A DNA stretch of 64,000 nt from the human T2T-CHM13v2.0 reference genome, Homo sapiens, in assembly GCF_009914755.1 (NCBI RefSeq), contig NC_060927.1. One strand, 5' to 3'. The translations under genes were made by a program, and so were the position numbers. Positions within the stretch are counted from its first letter, which is position 1. Each line of letters starts with the position of its first letter. This document shows, in pieces, positions 40,810 through 57,473 of the stretch. The notes below the pieces were generated by a model. The model ran no database searches and had not been told where the DNA came from. It saw only the letters and a program-made list of their open reading frames with translations.

Positions 40810-42280
40810 TAAAAGAAAAACATTCTAGGGACAGATCCTAAAGCAAACAGGAAGTGATTGGAGAAGCGGAGGACTAAATATCTTTGGAAAAAACTTCAGA
40901 GGCCTGAAATCTAACTCTAAATGCCAGTGGGTGTGGAATGTGAGTGGACCAGGTAATAGCCAATATGGGTAATGGCTACAGACCTCCCTTCTAAAGCATG
41001 ACCTCTTTCCTTGGCCAGTACATGCTAGTACATACCCTTAAGTAGTTCTAGGGCTCTTAAGGGAACCCTTGAGTCAATAGCATTCCTTTGGTAACCTTTA
41101 TCTGGGGCCAAAATGTTCCCCTCCTTGTCATGATGGGAATAGAATACAGGAATTGCAAGGAAATGAAGGTATGCACATAATTTAGGATAACATTTTGATA
41201 CCACATCATAATTTATGAGAATGTTGCCCAAGGATACAGTGCATAAGTCTCATTAATGGAAACTGCTGTAAAGAACCTCAGTGGGTGAAACTACCCTGCC
41301 CATTTCCTATGATACTAAGTGCAGTGTGTTCCAGAAACCAGTGGGTAGGGAAAGCATGACTCGGCATTGCCATGGCGGAAGCTGGCAGGGAGGAAAATCC
41401 CCAACATGTTCTGTCAGGTCAGCAGTCAGTTTGGCTATAAACAAGTAAGATTGCAATGTTGTGAGGTAATCTTAGTCTGACTCAGTCCTTTGTCAGAACC
41501 TCACAGGTTACTTTCATGAATCTTTCCTGGAGCAAATAAAACAGTTTCACAACGATGCCATATTTAAATGTTATGTCTCTGCTTATCCAATTCTCCACTT
41601 ATCCTTTCTTTTATTTACTTTTCTTGAAATGGGTTCAGTCATAACATCAAGCGACAGAAAAGAAAACAAAGGAGGAAGCAGTGTAACCTTCCTCTCTTTA
41701 AGTCCCATTTATCTCTCTACCTGAGGCCATTGTGTGCAGATACCTGGGAAAGTGGATGATAGAGAATAAAGAAAGCATTTTAAAGCAGAGGCAACCTTCA
41801 AAATCACTGCATTCAATTCTCTAAATTTATAGATGAAAAAAATTGAAGGCCTGAAGAGGAGTGACATGCCTACATTACACAGCAAGTTAGTGGAAGAACC
41901 TAAATCGTAATTCCAGTGTTTTGATTCTAATCTGTGTCTAAAACCTTATAAAGCTGAAAAGGCCTCGGAAATTATGAGGCGGAAGAGTTCTCATGCTCTA
42001 CTAACATTGTGTTCCAGAGAGGTCTTTTCTTAGGGTACAAACTAACTAAAATGGTGTTGTCATTGCTTTTGAATTGGAGGGAGTTAGCAGTCCACCTTCA
42101 GTCCTCAGTCCACCCTGAAGCCCACCTTCAGCCTGAAGCTTCTCCTGCTAGAGGAGGCCCTTCGAGTGCTGCTCCAAAATAATTTGGAAAGTATGGATGC
42201 TTCCTGATGCTTTTATTGTACTGATAAGAACTCTGAGGCCTAGTAAGGTGAAGTAATCTGTGCACTGTCCAGGAAACTCA

Positions 42281-42589
<309 letters not shown>

Positions 42590-43577
42590 TCAGTTTCAAA
42601 AAAAAAAGGCCGGGCTTGGTGGCTCACGCCTGTAATCCCAGCACTTTGGGAGGCTGAAGTGGGTGGATCACGAGGTCAGGAGATCGAGACCATCCTGGCT
42701 AACACGGTGAAACCCCGTCTCTACTAAAAATACACAAAATTAGTCAGCCTTGGTGGCGGGCACCTGTAGTCCCAGCTACTTGGGAGGCTGAGGCAGGAGA
42801 ATGACATGAACCCAGGAGGCGAAACTTGCAGTGAGCCGAGATTGCAGTCACTGGACTCCAGCCTGGGCGACAGAGCGAGACTCCGTCTGAAAAAAAAAAA
42901 AAAAAAAAAAAAAAAGATAGCCCTTCGCATTTTAAACAACTAAAAATTTGAACTAAAGTGGAGTTTTGAATTTATTTCCTGGATGCTAAAGAAAAAGAGA
43001 AAAAACAATTCACACTGTCTACCAAGAGGAAACATCCAGCATCTAAAGAGAAAGTCATAGCCTTCCCTAAAATCAAACCCAGAGTTCTCAGTACTGTACA
43101 TCTCACAAGACGTACACATTCTGCTAAAGTGTAAATATGTGAAGTGAATCACTCTACCCCTGAGTGCACATACATGTCTTTTTATGAGCTTTAGGCTATA
43201 AAATTCTAAGGTCATGTAATATATATAAACAAATCAAATATTTTCTTAGTTACTCATCATTCAAAAATGACTGGACAGATTTCTTTTAAGAAAAGTGGAT
43301 AATATTTTGGGGATGGTCTGGTTTCTATTATATGCACACATGAAATTCATTTTAGAGGCCCTAAAGACTATTACAATTTATAACCAGTCACCTTTTTAGA
43401 GGGACTATTGGTGAACCTCCCTTCTCTATTGAACATTGGAGACAGACATGCCCTTTGTATTCAGATGCTGCTATGCACAGATAAAACAAATATGGTTTTA
43501 GAAACATGCAGCAAAGATCAATAGAAGCCACAGGGCATTTGTTAAACCACAGGCAATGAGTCACGTAACAGCACTAG

Positions 43578-43841
<264 letters not shown>

Positions 43842-43954
43842 TGATCCACATGCCTCGGCCTCCCAAAGTGCTGGGATTACAGGCATGAGCCACCGCACCC
43901 CGCCTATTCCACATGTTTTAATGAATAAATCACTCAGGTTTATTAGATTCTCTT

Positions 43955-43989
<35 letters not shown>

Positions 43990-45427
43990 CATGACCTGCT
44001 CCCCAACTCAGCTCCAGACCAAAGACCTCAACCTATTAGCCAGGTCTCACCACAGCAGGGCAAACTCTATATTTATCTCATTATTTGAATGATAACATAA
44101 TTTTTCTCTTCATGGAATTGCCTTGCAAAATGGTGACTCTTAGCTGTAATAGCGAAACACTGTGCTGTAATTCTGGAATGGTAATTTCTCTTCACATCAA
44201 GATCACTCCTCTCTGGAACGCTGTAGCTTAAAACAGGACAAGTCACTGTGTATTCTGAGTGTAGGGCACTGAAGGGCACCTGAGCACATTCTCATTACCA
44301 AGTGTGACAGCTTACCCCCATTAGAAGTGGAAAGAAAATGGCTTTGGAAACTTAGATTTATGTAGGAATTCTCCTGAATCTTCCTCTGGGCTAAAAGATG
44401 CATATATGTACAGTTTACTATAGATAATTCCTAGGGTTCAATTGCTAATGGGTAAAAACTCAAGACCACTGGCATTGCTGGGAGACAGATGAACTCTAAA
44501 TAATAAAGAAAGTGTGGAGTCAAGCCTCCAAGTGAGCAGCGAATATAATCAATGAAAAGCATCACTAGAGGGGAAAGAACTTTTGTGGGGATGGAACTTT
44601 CAGAGATCCATTCTTCCCTGGGAGCTTGTATCTGATTCAGAAGTAAAACCACAGTGGAATCACCGAACTTCTGTATGGGCCTGGCATCATCATGTTTTCA
44701 AAGCTAGATAAAGCCATCCAAAAATTAGAGAGCTCAAATAAAAATTAATATCCTTAAGTAGTGATGATCCTATTTTGTGAAAATGCCTTCTGTGTGTAGT
44801 TTATAATCTTGTGAATTGTTGCTATCAATTCTAATAAGAAATGGGTTTCCCTCATTCTGCCTCACCTATAAAGAGGGATATAGAAACAAGGTAAGGGGCT
44901 TCATCCCACTGGCTGTTGTCCAATTATTTTTTAATAGTCATTCAATAAATATTTTATAAGCTCCTCTTAGTACATGCAGGTATTTACTGATCTGGACACT
45001 GGGGATATAGACAATGTCCCTGTCCTCATTAGGCATATAGGAGAGCAAGCAAATTAATAAATAAAAAACATAATTACAGGCCAGGCATGGTGGCTCATGC
45101 CTGTAATCCTACCACTTTGGGTGAATACCTGGTGTTAGAAGTTCAAGACCAGCTTGGCCAACATGGCAAAAACCCATCTCTACTAAAAAATACAAAAATT
45201 AGCCAGGTGTGGTGGCATGTGCCTGTAGTACTGGCTACTTAGGAGGCTGAGGCATGGAATCACTTCAGCCTGGGAGCCAGAAGTTGCAGTGAGCCGAGAT
45301 TGTGCCACTGCACCCTAGCCTGCGTGACAGAGTAAGACTCTGTCTCAAACAAACAAAAAAGAAACATAATTACAGATTTGATAAGTGCAATGTAACAAGA
45401 TATATTGTGTGAAATGGGCTATAGGAG

Positions 45428-45745
45428 GGGGTGACAAATGTTTCCTGGGAAGGGCCATGTGGACTGTATGTGGGCTGTTGTATCTTTGTTGCCCCTACTC
45501 CACTCTACTGAAGAAGTCTAAAGGCAGCCATAGAGCCAATATACATGAATAGGCAGGGCTGTGTTCTAATAAAAGTTTATTTATTGACACTAACATTTGA
45601 ATTTCTTACAATTTTCACGTCATTAAATATTATTTATTTTAACCATTTTTTTAAAAAAAGGTTAAAACCATTCCTAACTCATGAGCTGTACAAAAACAGA
45701 GGATCAGATTTGGCCTGCAGACATGCCCTCTATATTAACTTCTGG
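45428..45745. mobile_element. MER58B-like hAT MITE
   Basis: gcagccataga...ggctgtgttctaataaaa..ttatt...gatttggcctgcag. Confidence 0.72.
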
Positions 45746-47820
45746 CTACAGGGTTCAGGGAGAAGGGAATGCTGTTGACATAGATAGAGGTTGCTATGGC
45801 CTCTCTGAAGAGGTAACATCTTAGTGTATGAGAGGAAACCAGTTATGGGAAGAGCTGAAAAGAGAGTACCCCAGGCTGAGAAAACAACAAATGCAAAGAC
45901 CCTGAAGCAGTTGGGGCTCCTAGAAACCACATGTTCTATATAAAAATTTATTAAGAGACAAAACAGTTAAGCTGAAAACCTTTAAAAATAGGTCTTACTG
46001 TATTTGTGGGTATTGATCCCTGGTCATTAGGTGACAAGTGTTGGAGAAAGGGATGCCATAGGGCATAAATAATCCTTCAATGAAATTGTATAGTCTCCTC
46101 CTGTAATTGTCTCCAGCAAAGAATAAAAGGTTGATTTTTCCCACCTTGCATATGATTACTTAGCAGAGTAAGAGAAGAATCATTTAAAATCTTTGTGTCA
46201 ATTAAGATAAATTATCTTATAGAAATGGCAGACATTTTTCCTTGAATTATTTTAATTTATGTCTGTACCATCGAGCAGGATTTGTAGTTAAGTTACATGT
46301 ACAGATGAATAAAATATTCTTATTTCTGTATACATTTAAAAGTCTATTCATCAGGCTGAGCGCTGTGGCGCATGCCTATAATCCCAGCACTTTGGGAGGC
46401 CGAGGTGGGCAGATCTCTTGAACTCAGGAGTTTGAGACCAGCCTAGGCAACATAGTGAGACCTCATCACTATTTAAAAAAAATTATTTTCAGTCTATTCA
46501 TCAGTGTTTTACTTACATGTGAAAGGCGTTTATGCTGCCACAGACTTGTAAACTGGCTCTCTGGGCAGTATGATTGGAGATATCCATAAAAATGAATGAT
46601 GAATAGATATGTCCAAATATTAATACTAATAGTGGTTTTTCTGAACCCATACTTCATTTGTGATTTCAAAGCTTGGCATAAGAAAAAAAAAAGAAAAAGA
46701 TTACTTGCAGAGTCACCTTATGTAGGAGAGAGATGATACTTCTGTCTATATTTTGAATCTGTGACAGAAATCCAAATCTTACCCAGATGCTGGTAAAGAG
46801 GAACATTTTCTTCATTTGAGAAATAATACCCACAGAACACACCCATCTGTCTGTTGTAAGAAAATGTCCAAGTCACATGTTTATCAAAAAAACCCAAAGT
46901 GTTAGCGAGAGCTAAAACATGCCCAGAAAAAAAATTCAAAGAAAACAGTGGGTAATAGTGTTTTAAAATGTGCTCCTGGTGAAAATGGTATCTAGGGTGT
47001 CTATTACATAAAAAGTGCCTCCTAATATATTACATTTACAATGTTAAAAGTCTTAAAAAGATGACTATGAGATTCGTCTCAGATGTGAAACAGAAAAATC
47101 TTGAAAGATATCACAGAAAAATGTTGAATGATATCATGAAACACTTGGTGTCTATTTCAAATTTTTACCAGGTGAACAAACATACCTTAGTTTGTGTAGA
47201 AACTTTTACCTTTGTTACCTCGCATCACTGAATAGTTTAAGGACTTCTGATGTGTAGGATTTTGAGCATTTTAGGTTTTATAATGGGTTATGATAATCTT
47301 TGGAAATAACTTCAATTAAATTCAATAATCACTTATCTAATGCCCTATAGGGTCCTAAATACGAAATAAGACTGAAATATTTCTCCAAGATTTCATGTTC
47401 ATCAGAAAAAACAATTTCAAAGAAGTCTGATTTGAAGCAGGGAAATTAAAAGCTATAATACAGAAAGTGCTAAGGGAGGAGAGGAAGGAAATGGTTAATT
47501 TTAACAGAAGAAATCTAGGATGTTTCATAGATGAGCTGGCATTTGAGCTGAGCCTGCAACAAATGAAAATGCAAAGGGAAGCATTTTAATACATGGGAAA
47601 ACATTTTATATGTTTTTGAGCAGGAAGTGGTCTGGTCAGTTCTGATTGCTTTTGTTTTTCACATTAAAAATTGTAAAATACATAAACTTATAGAAAAGTA
47701 CTTATATTGTAAATGTTCAACTTCAGTATTTTTCTGAAACAAATATATGTATGACTCCCTTCCTCCCAAGTTAAAAGAAAAGAAAAGCATTAACAGAACC
47801 CCAGAAGCCAGTCCTCAAAT

Positions 47821-48000
47821 TAGGGCTGGCTTCATGGGTGTCTGCAACTTGAGCAATTGCACAGAGCCTGGTACCGAGAAGGGTCCTCTGCTTGGTTTTA
47901 TGTTCTGCTGTTGCCATCTTGAAATTCATAATAATTTTTGAATAGGGGATCCTATATTTTTATTTGGCATTGGGCCCCACAAATTATGTAGCCTTTCCTG
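47821..48000. mobile_element. MER53 hAT MITE
   Basis: agggctggcttcatggg...cttgaaattc...gggccccacaaattatgtagcc..tcctg. Confidence 0.8.
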
Positions 48001-49364
48001 CCCCCAATCCTCATTCTACAACATATCCAAATGCAAAGTTCCTCCTATGGTGCTAATCATTATTCTTTGATTTCCTTAACAGTTTACTCTCTACATGTCT
48101 GAACAAAATAGTTTAATTTTGCCTTTTATGAATGTTATAAACAGAATCATACAGCATGTCTTCTGTTGTGTCTGGCTTTTTTCACTCAACATTATGTCTT
48201 TAAGAGTCATCCATATTATGATTCATTCATTTTCCCAGTTATGTTTTCAATGAGCTGTATCTACCAGAATTACATAGGATTGATTGGTACATGGGGGAGA
48301 GCAAGACTGGAGGCAAAGAGACCAGTTAGGAGGTAGGGCTAATTGGCAATAACCATGGTGAGAGCCTGGGACCCATAAATAATAGCAGAGGACATCTCTT
48401 CTCTCTAGAAATCAGTATTTCAAAACCCTCAGACATTTAGAACTACTGCAGATACAAAACAAACTTAAAAATCTAAATCAACAGCAACAACAATGCAAAA
48501 GCCCTGCCTTGGGGCAAAGAAGTAGGCCCTGAGTATCCAGCAACAAATGATAGTGAAGACAGTTCAGTGAACTGAAAATTATTCCAAGCATGCTACGTTG
48601 ACCAAGAAAAAAAGGAGTGTTCTAACTGAATATATAATTAGATAGAATACACACACATAAATGTGTTTGTGTATATGTGTGTTATACACTTATATATGCA
48701 CACTTCTTTTCTGGCATGAAAGCACTGAGGTATAGAAGTAGCATAAGATAAGAAATAAGAAAGTAATTTTTAAAAAGTGTAAAGAAAAATAGTAGAGATG
48801 ATCTGAGGCTGTGTAGCAAAGTTGGCAGCAGTTGCAGTCATGGAGTCTGTGAATGGAAATGGATGCGGCAATGGAAAGGGGCAAAGGGCTAGAGACAAAG
48901 CAAAATAAGACTGGAAAACTCTGCAGAGTGTGTGACAGACAATCATCTTCACCACATCCTCCCCATATCAGTCATTCAGTAATGGAGGTGCATTCCCCTA
49001 GTGGGACATATTAAAATCACCTGAGGCCTTCTAGTGGACGACAAGGCCCATTTACATCAATAGGTCAATATTTTATTTAGTTGGTAGCCCACTAAAGACA
49101 CATCAGACCGACCATTCAACATTCTGAGAAAGACATTCATTATTAAATGCAAGTGACCTTAAATAACAAACCAACCTCACTGCAGTAGGGTGCCAAGGCA
49201 ATGTCATAGAGCCAGCTGTGTACAATGACATGTATACTACACTAGTTCCAGCAAAAAGCAAAGGGCAAAGACATTTTTTTAATTGTGCTAATCTTAAACA
49301 ACAAAAGGAGTTTTAAAAAGAGTAAACCTGGGAAAATGAACATGAACAATTCATATGTGTCCAA

Positions 49365-49643
49365 ATTCTTCGTCACATGGCCCTCTCCACAGGGTTGCCT
49401 GGGTGTCTGGAAGAAGTGGAAACTGGATTCCCCAGAGTGGGAAATGCAAGAGAGACAGAGCCCAGGACAAAAGCTGCTGTCTTTTTTTATAGCCTAATCT
49501 TAAAAGTGGCATACCATCACTTATGTCATGATCCATTGATCATACAGACCAACCTTATACACCATGGGTAAAGGCGATTCAAAGGTATGAATGCCAGCAG
49601 GTGGTGAGATCGGTAGGGGCCATCTTGAAGACTAGCTACCATA
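49365..49643 (-). mobile_element. MLT1F-like MaLR LTR fragment
   Basis: ccatcactt...ggggccatcttgaagactagctacca terminal pattern. Confidence 0.65.
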
Positions 49644-49674
49644 GAAATTAAGTTGTCCCAAATTTTACATCTAG

Positions 49675-49970
<296 letters not shown>

Positions 49971-50107
49971 GAAAGACAAAATTTAAAAGTAAGTCTGTTA
50001 GACTAAAAATCTAGTGCTCTTTTTACTACGAATTGTATGTCAGGACTCAAAAAATGTAAAAAAAAAAGTTATGTTTTTGGCAGATTTCTATGTAAGTGAA
50101 AGTTGAC

Positions 50108-50690
<583 letters not shown>

Positions 50691-51250
50691 ATAAAATATT
50701 TTTTAAAAGTTGAGTTGGTAAAAACTATGCAACCAAACTGGAAAACAAATAAAGCCTTTTAAATGTATTTTTTAATGAAAAGATAAATGATTGTACCTCT
50801 TGCCCAATATTTATTGCATGGGCATGAAGAAATGATGTGCAAATTCAATAGAGAGAAAAATACTGAGTTTCTGAAGAGTGATTTAGGGTAGACACTATAG
50901 TCTGGCTTACTCAACACCATTCTCCTTTTATTTCTCCTTTGTCTCCCTCCACTATAGAAGGTGGAAATGTTAAATATTAATTTTCCTAGCATCCCTTACA
51001 GATACAAGGGCATTCAATGCAGTACCAGCCAAGAAATGTAACTGAAAGTGTCCTGAAGTTTGTGCTTGTGCATTCTTCATTCCACCTTCCCAGGCCATCT
51101 TTTTCCTGCCACAGAAACAGACTACATTTCTGGGACAGCAATTCTCTTCACTGAGCAATTGGACCAAGGCCAATTAGTCCAGAAGTCCTCTTTCAGACTT
51201 CTTGTTATGTGATAAATATTTATGTGTTTAGTCCCACCACCCTCAGTTGG

Positions 51251-51610
51251 TGTATCAGTCTGTTTTCACGCTGCTGATAAAGACATAGCTGAGACTGGGT
51301 AATTTATAAAGAAAAAGAGGTTTCATGGACTCACAGTTCCACATGGCTGGGGAGGCGTCACAATCATGGCAGAAGGCGAAAGGCATGTCTTACACGGCAG
51401 CAGGCAAGAGAGAATGAGAGCCAAGTGAAAGGGGAAACCCCTTATAAGATCAAGAGCTCTCATGAGACTTATTTACGACCTGAGAACAGTATGGGGGACC
51501 CGCCCCCATGATTCAATTATCTCCCACTGGGTCCCTCCCACAACATGTGAGAATTATGGGAGCTATAATTCAAGATGAGACTTGGGTGGGGACACAGCCA
51601 AACCATATCA
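51251..51610 (-). mobile_element. THE1B solo LTR inserted into an older MLT1-like remnant
   Basis: TG...CA termini, THE1 consensus, 5-bp TSD gttgg (51246-51250 and 51611-51615). Confidence 0.93.
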
Positions 51611-52502
51611 GTTGGGTTTCCTGATAAGTGCAGCCATAAGTATTTCTAATTCCTTCAGTGTGAGATAACTTTAGAAGACATTAAAAACAAACCCAGCAAA
51701 TTCTATAAAGATGAAGTGGGAGAGGGGTGTTAGAAAACTTTTGTGGCTTGTAGAAAACTTCTTTCTAAACAATTTCCCATATAACTTAATTTCCTGTAGT
51801 ATTCTAGCTTAGGGGTAAGAAAATAACAATGATATATCTTATTTTTATTATTTTGCCTTAGTCTGTAACAGTGCAGGAAGTCCAGGCCTCCTTAATTCCT
51901 CACGAACAGCACCATTATGGTGGTCTATCTTGCCCTTTCCCTGACCAGCCTCCCTGGTTGTTCTATGTATTGGACCATTGCTTTTCTTTACTCATTATAT
52001 TGAGGTCTTTGCAGCAGCTGCCAATGCCCAGTGTGACTGCTTGCTGCCCTAGAGGTCTATCACAGACCCCCTGTGACTGCTGTAGCCATCAAAGCTGCAG
52101 ACCATGGCATGGCATGTTGCAGAAGCTATGGGACCCAATGCTGCTGGTATCTTGTAATTTCAATGGTTAAAATGTCTTGCTATTCTATTACAGTCTCCTT
52201 CCCCCACATAGACTTATTGGGGAAATTCCAAAGGATAATCTAAGATGTAAACTCTACTTTAGACAGACATCTCCCTTTCTCTTTTATGCTTTCTGTTGTC
52301 CTTGAATCACACTTATGAGCCTCAACGATCTTCCCTTCTCATACCTCCCCAGTGGTAACTTGAACCTTTACAGAATGGTCTGTTTCCTGGCTTGATTTCC
52401 TTGTCCTAGACCTTCCTTCCCTGACTTGCCTGCATCCCAGAATGAAATAAACTTAGGCTCAAGCTTGATACATGAAAGTCATATAAAGTTGGTTCAATGT
52501 AA

Positions 52503-52981
<479 letters not shown>

Positions 52982-53119
52982 GTTTATTTGAATTAAACAG
53001 AATAAGAATATGCTGACAGTTTAATATTTAGGAAATTGTATGTTACTAGAGTATGCTAGAGTGTAGTGTAGTACCCAAAGTATAAATAATGCTTGGAAAG
53101 TCAAAGATATTTTCTCTTG

Positions 53120-54010
53120 TCATACCCAACCTCCTTGAACCATTTTTACTTACATTTGATGAAGGATCTTTTCAGAACCAGAGGCTTATCTGAGGATAAC
53201 GATATATCCTGTTTTCACACAATTATTCAGCTCATCTAGAGGAAATATTGTGGTATCTGTGAACATTATTTCTATCTCCTAGCCACCAAATATTAACTCC
53301 CTGTGTTAGCCTATAAAAAAAAAGTTTTATTCAAGATAGAAAATTGTACTGCATATGAGGTTTAATGAAGAAGTAGGTTTATCAGGCATGTAATATTTAG
53401 GAATTCTCACCCCATTATTATAATGAATATACAATTTTAAATACTGCTTATGCCTGGTATTCTAGTCAAATCAAACACGAACAATTTAGAGAAAATAGCC
53501 TGAAATCATGTCAGCATAAGTACCTTTTTAAAAATTTTTCGGGTAAAGATTTTGTAGCCTTGAGAGAATAAGTCATTTCCGAATGCTTATTGGGACATAC
53601 TTTGCAAAGTATGCTAGGACATACTTTGGAAAGAATAAGGGGAAGATTTCTTTTAAGCCTCAGGAAAAATTTTGAGCAAAAGAGATAGAAGCCTGGGTGC
53701 AAACTGACAAAGAAAGCAGAAATGTGTTAGTGATGCAGAAGTCACTGCTGGTGCTTTGAATGGTGCTGACACATCAAAGGGCACTGTTTGCAACAAAGAG
53801 GAAGATAATTTCTGGAGAGTGACAAAACCATTTGGGAGAATGCAGCTGATGCCCTCGATTCACTGGTTAATTGTGCAGATGGGCAACCATATTCTGCTGC
53901 CCCAGAGTTCATGAACCTGGACATGCTTTATCCCACCTGTAGGACAAACAGTCAAACAACCCCAACCAGGCTGCCCTAAGGGGCTTTGTCAAGAAAGCAA
54001 CTGCCTGGAC
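53120..54010 (+). mobile_element. Highly degenerate Tigger/pogo transposase fossil (JRK-like)
   Basis: Broken translation gives HNYSAH, PPNINSL, EIEAWVQTDKE and WENAADALDSLVNCADGQPYSAAPEFMNLDML, in the order expected for a Tigger DDE domain and C-terminus. Confidence 0.65.
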
Positions 54011-54443
54011 AACTTTTAACCTCGGTAGCATTGAGACAACTTTAACATAAAAAATATAAATATTATATTACCCCAAACTATTAAATAAGAGAGAAAAAAT
54101 GTTAAGTTATCTCTCTTGACTTATTTCCTGACCAGTAGTTTATAGAATACCTGAGGCCTACATTGAGCGGCAAGTTAAAACAGGCACAAGAAAACTAGAC
54201 CTATGGAATATATAAAATAATTCTGTGATAAAAAGACAAGAAGACTGTTAACCAGAATGTTAATTTTTTGTTTTTGGGTAATTTGTTATATTTACTTTGG
54301 TTTTTTTTTTTTCTTTTCTATACTTTCCAAATTTATTACAGTAAATACATACTAGTTATCTAATGAAGAGAATATAAATATTTTTCTTTCTTTTCTTTTT
54401 TTTCTTCGAGTCAGTCTCGCTCTTGTTACCCAGTCTGGAGTAA

Positions 54444-54608
<165 letters not shown>

Positions 54609-55300
54609 TAACTCCTGACCTCAGGTGATCCACCCACCTTGGCCTCCCAAAGTGTTGAGATTACAGGCGTGAGCCACCACGCCCGGCCTAAATATTTTTC
54701 TTACTGTGACAGAACAACTCAGACAACAGCAATGTTTTCTAAACAAATACTCAACTACTCAAAAAAAACCAAAAAACAAAACAAAAAAAAAACTGAATCT
54801 CTGAGAGTTTAGGTAGTCAAGGTTTTATTGTAATTTAGCATGTAATAGAAAAAGAAACTCAAGAGACATAGTTAAGACAGTTTTACTGAGTTCATCCAAT
54901 TTCCCATTAGTAATTGAATTAGTAATTGACTTACACAAGTCATAAATTGATGTGCATATATTTTCACTAAGGGTATGAGCATATAGTTCATTTTATAAAT
55001 ATTTATTTGTTTGTGTGGAAAAAAAGCCTTCAGAAATTTTAAGATAATCTGATCTGACAGATTTAAGAATTGCTAGTATCCTTCTTAATAAAAACAAAAA
55101 AACCTGAATTGGCATCTTCACAAATTTCTGTAACCCAAATTTAGCAGCCTGGCAACTTTGTGCTGCACTGCACAGTCACTGTTAGGAACAGCTTTATTAT
55201 TACTCAGATTCCCAAATTCACACATGGTCTCCCATCTTTCAGCAGGTGCCTTTCCATTTTTATTTACAGAGAGAAGGTTATTTGCAATGGGAACTCTCAC

Positions 55301-55489
55301 CTTTTCACCTTCTTGGCTCCAGCTCCTTTTCAGGTCTCTTGGCTCTTCTTTCCTGTTTGGGAAGGGGGATGCTTCCTCATCCTTGCCACCAGAATTCTCA
55401 CACCTGTCCTTACACTTTCCTCAGAAATTTCTATTCAGTGGAAATTCTGTTGCTTGGATTTCAATCTTGCCATCTTTACTGATGCTCTC
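55301..55489 (-). other. Candidate decayed or non-coding exon, 189 nt
   Basis: Acceptor ttttggtttgtttttccactgaaag|G and donor AAG|GTGAGA; purine-rich; frame 0 has a single TGA. Confidence 0.4.
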
Positions 55490-55785
55490 CTTTCAGTGGA
55501 AAAACAAACCAAAATTTAACCATTAAAAATAAAACCCTAACAATGCTAGAAGAAAACATTAAATTGTATAAAATATCTTGGAGCGTGAGGGGTCTTCCAA
55601 TTTGTAGCAAGAAATTCACAAAGGAAACTCATAAAGGAAGAGATCAATATATTCAAAATAGAAATTAAAAAGAAACTAAATAAAAAAGCATAAACAAATA
55701 AAAGTCTAATAACAAACTTATAAAGTTATTTGTGAGGCATATAATTGACATGGGACTAGTTTTCCCCTATATAAATCCATAATCA

Positions 55786-56121
<336 letters not shown>

Positions 56122-56327
56122 CTATTGAGAAGAAATTTTAAATGATTTATGTAAAAATAGCAACCATACAGAATTACAGTCATATTGGTTGAAATATACT
56201 ATGTGAGTGATCATTTTACTATAACTTATGGCCAAGAGTTGTGATTCTATCTAATGACAGATTAGTAGTTTATTTTGACTAAAAGAACCTTCAGAAACAA
56301 AGATTTTTTCCCCTCAATACACGGTTT

Positions 56328-56540
56328 AGAAATTGGCAAACTATGGATCTGTGGGCCAAATGCAGTCCACTACCTATTTTCATAAAGTATTACTGGAACA
56401 CATCTATTTACATATTTTCTGTGGCTGTTCTCATGCTACAAGGTGCAACAGAAATGTGTAGGTGCAACAGAGATGGTATGACCTGCAAAATCTGCAGTAT
56501 TTACTATCTGGTCCTTTACGCAAAAATGTCTGAACTGGTT
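56328..56540. mobile_element. MER58A hAT MITE
   Basis: ttggcaaactatgg...gggccaaat...tatttactatctggtcctttac. Confidence 0.8.
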
Positions 56541-56813
56541 TTTTAGGATATTTAGCTTATGTGAAACACAGAAATATTTGTTCAGTTTTCCAGGATCATG
56601 TCTTGTTAATTTCACATTATAGTCTACAAGGCAATAGGTATTTTAAAAATGTAAATTCCTTGACAGAAATAATTTTATTTTCATATTTTGTGGTAATATG
56701 TTCATATTACAATAGTTGAATAGAGCAGTAATTTCCATTTTACATGTGTTTTAAAATAGATTTAGAGAAAACTTCAAAAGATTTACAAACTTCTATGACA
56801 GAACTGAATATAA

Positions 56814-57079
<266 letters not shown>

Positions 57080-57401
57080 TAGTCTCGAACTCCTGGCCTC
57101 AAGTGATCTGCCCACCTTGGCCTCCCAAAGTGCTAGGATTACAGGCATGAGCCATCACACCCAGCATGTGTTATCTTCTTAAGACCCATACACACAGTCT
57201 TTTCTTTTAGCTTCTGATTGCTAGATTATGTAACAAGTGGCCAGTAAAACAGAACTCCTATTAGGCAGATTCCTTAAACCAGACCCTGTGGCTGGCTTTT
57301 GAAGGAAAACTTACAAAGGAAACTTCTTTTCCCTCAAAGGAAATTGGGGGAATTGATGTCTCATTTGTCTCCATCAAAACCACAAAGTTTGAAAGACTTA
57401 C

Positions 57402-57470
57402 TGGAGCCACTGCTGCAGAAGGGGTGATAGGCTTCAATCGTACATCAAGGCAAGCAGTGGATTGCTGTCC
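57402..57470 (-). other. Candidate exon, 69 nt (156 nt using the second donor at 57314)
   Basis: GTAAGT donors at 57401 and 57314; pre-insertion acceptor cccccttttcttctgcag|G now separated from the exon by LTR12C. Confidence 0.45.
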
Positions 57471-57473
57471 CTG

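Noticed and set aside
43958-43989. Isolated long polyT followed by AG
   Set aside because: Could be a solo poly(A) insertion or an acceptor, but no TSD or downstream donor was evident
49592-49608. CTCF-like motif gccagcaggtggtg in the MLT1 fragment
   Set aside because: A single imperfect match with no supporting evidence
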